DNA of 64,000 nucleotides, taken from the NCBI RefSeq assembly GCF_002113885.1, contig NW_018408922.1:382462-446461 (forward strand). The letters are read 5' to 3'. This document shows positions 61,853-64,000 of this stretch, piece after piece. The notes beneath the pieces were generated by a model. That model saw only the letters and a program-made list of their open reading frames with translations. It did not search any database and was not told the DNA's origin. Position 1 is the first letter of the stretch; the number at the start of each line of letters is the position of its first letter. The stretch comes from Mizuhopecten yessoensis (lineage: Eukaryota). The position numbers were made by a program, and so were the translations under genes.

Positions 61853-62205
61853 GGAGGCACGGTAGTCCAGTTGTAGGACGCCGGGCTCGTGACCGAATGG
61901 TTGTGGGTTCGAGTCTCCGCACGGCACTGTGTTGTATCTTTGAGCAAGATACTTTACTCCGCTTGTTCCTTGTCTTCTCAGCTGTAAATGAGTACGTGGT
62001 TGGGCAGTGCTAGAATTGTTGAATGCTACATGTAGCTGTGAGCGCCGAAATGGCAGCACCGGCTGTATGCTCCCCAGGGAGTTGAAAAGATGTTGGCTGG
62101 TTGCAAAGGCCCTATAACCACGGATAATAATTTGTGAACCGCTTTGAGACGACCTACGATTTATGTTGTGATAAAGCGGTATATAAGAACCTCGAATTAT
62201 TATTA
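61853..62205 (+). mobile_element. tRNA-derived CORE-type SINE nested in a LINE
   Basis: A box, B box GGTTCGAGTC, CORE-like TTGAGCAAGATACTTTAC..CAGCTGTAAATG, LINE-like tail CGCTTTGAGAC..GATAAAGCGGTATATAA and (TTA)n. Confidence 0.88.
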
Positions 62206-62318
62206 AAGTTATCTGACTAATCGTCAGCAGTCGGTTCTGTATGGCGCCTCGTAAATATGTTACTACAGGCGTATCGCAGGGATCTAATTTTGGTCTTCTA
62301 TTATTTTTATTTTACATT

Positions 62319-62532
62319 GGGCCGTTTTCGTTTAAACGGTCAAACCGATCGGACCACTGTTGTTCGTTTATTAAATAAAGTCGGACTTAGTAATCTGATG
62401 CAGCTTTCCGGCGAGCCTTGAGAAAGCCTTTCAAGGCCTGCATACACATTTGCAGGTCCGCCAGGATTTATACCCGAAATTGTTACATTTATAAACGGTC
62501 AAACCGGTTGTTCCACATAAACGAACAGGCCC
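62319..62532. mobile_element. MITE inserted between RT motifs of the LINE
   Basis: GGGCCGTTTTCGTTTA / TAAACGAACAGGCCC imperfect TIRs. Confidence 0.6.
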
Positions 62533-64000
62533 CTGTTGTCGCTCCGATGGAAAACTTTCATCAGACTCGTTGCTGATGATTCGTCTTCTCAATAGTCTGA
62601 TGTGGACTGGAATGTAACAACAACAACAACAAAACTCAATCATGATATTGATATTCAACGTATGCAGGATTTGTCTGATCAATGCAGGCTTATGAAGTTT
62701 AATCCCGCAAAGACGAAAGTATAGTCCTTTCCTCTTCTGGACAACTTGACATCAAACCAACCTAACCTGTAACAATAACCTCTTTCTTTCGCTGATTCTC
62801 AGTGTCGCTTTGAAGTATTTCTCATTAGCAACTGCAAATGGCATTATACAGTTCACCAAATTGTCAAATCAACCTAATCTAAAGTAACGACCTGAAATCA
62901 ATTGTAATTTCAGTATGGAATAAAACATGGATTTTATATATACGTTCTTCATTAGACCAGAGACGTATAATATACGTATCTGATTAGACTAACTCTTGAA
63001 CATGCATCCTATGTTTTGGATGGTTATTCTGACAAACTGTTAAATGCCTCGGAAATGGTGCAGCTAGAATCCGGCCAATGGTATGTCTGGTCTTCCCACT
63101 GTAGCCTTTTTCGAGTCTCGTTACCTCGAAACTGTACGGGAACCCTTCCAATCTAGGAGAGAAAAGTATAAACTTCCAATCTGTAGATTAAATCATTGAT
63201 AGCGTATGCCGGGAATAGACTAATTCTGTAAAATGATAATTCCATCTACACACACATTTAACATGAAGGTGATACCTGATTCTTAACTCTCAAGATTCAA
63301 GGTAGCCACCCGTCGACAAACTTGGTAGTACTGATCAGTCCCAAAATTTGAGCTGCATTACTAGGGACATTGCAATGTGGAGCCTTCGTGTGAAATTTTA
63401 GAACAAATCCCTGTAGCCTGTAGGAAACTCAAAGTACATTCTGGAAAATACAGTAGCGCCAAAAAGAATTGTTTCAGGACGGACGGACGACGGATCAAGG
63501 ACGACTTGAATAGCCAATTATTTAATAACGATGATGCATGGGTTAAACAAATGCCACACCACCCAAAGTTGGATGATAGATTCCGGAAATATAAACCGGA
63601 GTATGGGTCGAAATTTCCAAAGCAGTATTTACTTCCGGGTAGCTTCAACGTGAAGATTAAGGAGACTGACGTTATAGGTACGTATGATTCTTGTTTATTA
63701 ATGAATGTAAACTATGAAAATTGGAAAGCACATAACAGTTTGGATGTTTACCGAATCATTTGTACGTGTTATTGCTGCAAAATGTCTTGACAGTCCAATT
63801 TAAACAGACACCGTTAAAACTACACATGCGTTTGCCATCACAATTGCATTGACGTACAATAAATGTATCTCCACCCCAATATCGATCTCCACCAGGGAGC
63901 TAGGAACGTTAACTAATTATAACATACTAAATGGACGTTAGTTTTGAAGCATGTGTTTAAGTGAACTAAGCATAGCGTTGTCATACTGATCAGCTTTTAC

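Larger units (their letters stand above)
60960..63200 (+). mobile_element. Degenerate LINE ORF2 (CR1/L2-group reverse transcriptase)
   Basis: Motifs occur in order across frames: RPTNKHWFDS, KAVGPDKFSHRMLK, PLFKKGD..NRRP, SYLTNRQQ, GVSQGSNFGLLLFLFYI, IRLVADD, FNPAKTK, FIRP; many frameshifts and stops. Confidence 0.85.

Noticed and set aside
63377-63790. 137-aa plus-strand ORF
   Set aside because: Non-ATG start, overlaps a HINE-like fragment with GACG repeats, no recognisable domain.

Overview
AT-rich, intron-containing animal DNA. The repeat families (CORE- and Meta-type SINEs, Helentron-like HINEs, MITEs) point to a bivalve mollusc, which is an inference. Five spliced protein-coding genes were reconstructed by hand. 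Four are on the minus strand: two tandem 5-exon calmodulin paralogues (a divergent 153-aa one and a near-canonical 150-aa one), a 320-aa nitrile-specifier-like kelch protein and BTBD7 (819 aa). The fifth is a 78-aa COX8-like gene on the plus strand, head-to-head with BTBD7 and only partly visible in the ORF track. Most unusual observations: (1) about 33 tandem copies of a BTBD7 exon end plus its 5' splice site fill most of one intron; (2) an older 46-nt tandem echo of the BTBD7 stop-codon region lies in the 3'UTR; (3) the BTBD7/COX8 divergent pair mirrors the human BTBD7/COX8C neighbourhood; (4) a miniature LTR element (TRIM) has tRNA-like Pol III boxes inside its LTRs; (5) a Ginger-like integrase plus Ulp1-like remnant sits in a nested transposon stack. 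The 1,100-aa ORFs at 41-44.6 kb come from a satellite and are not genes. All coordinates were read by eye and no searches were run.
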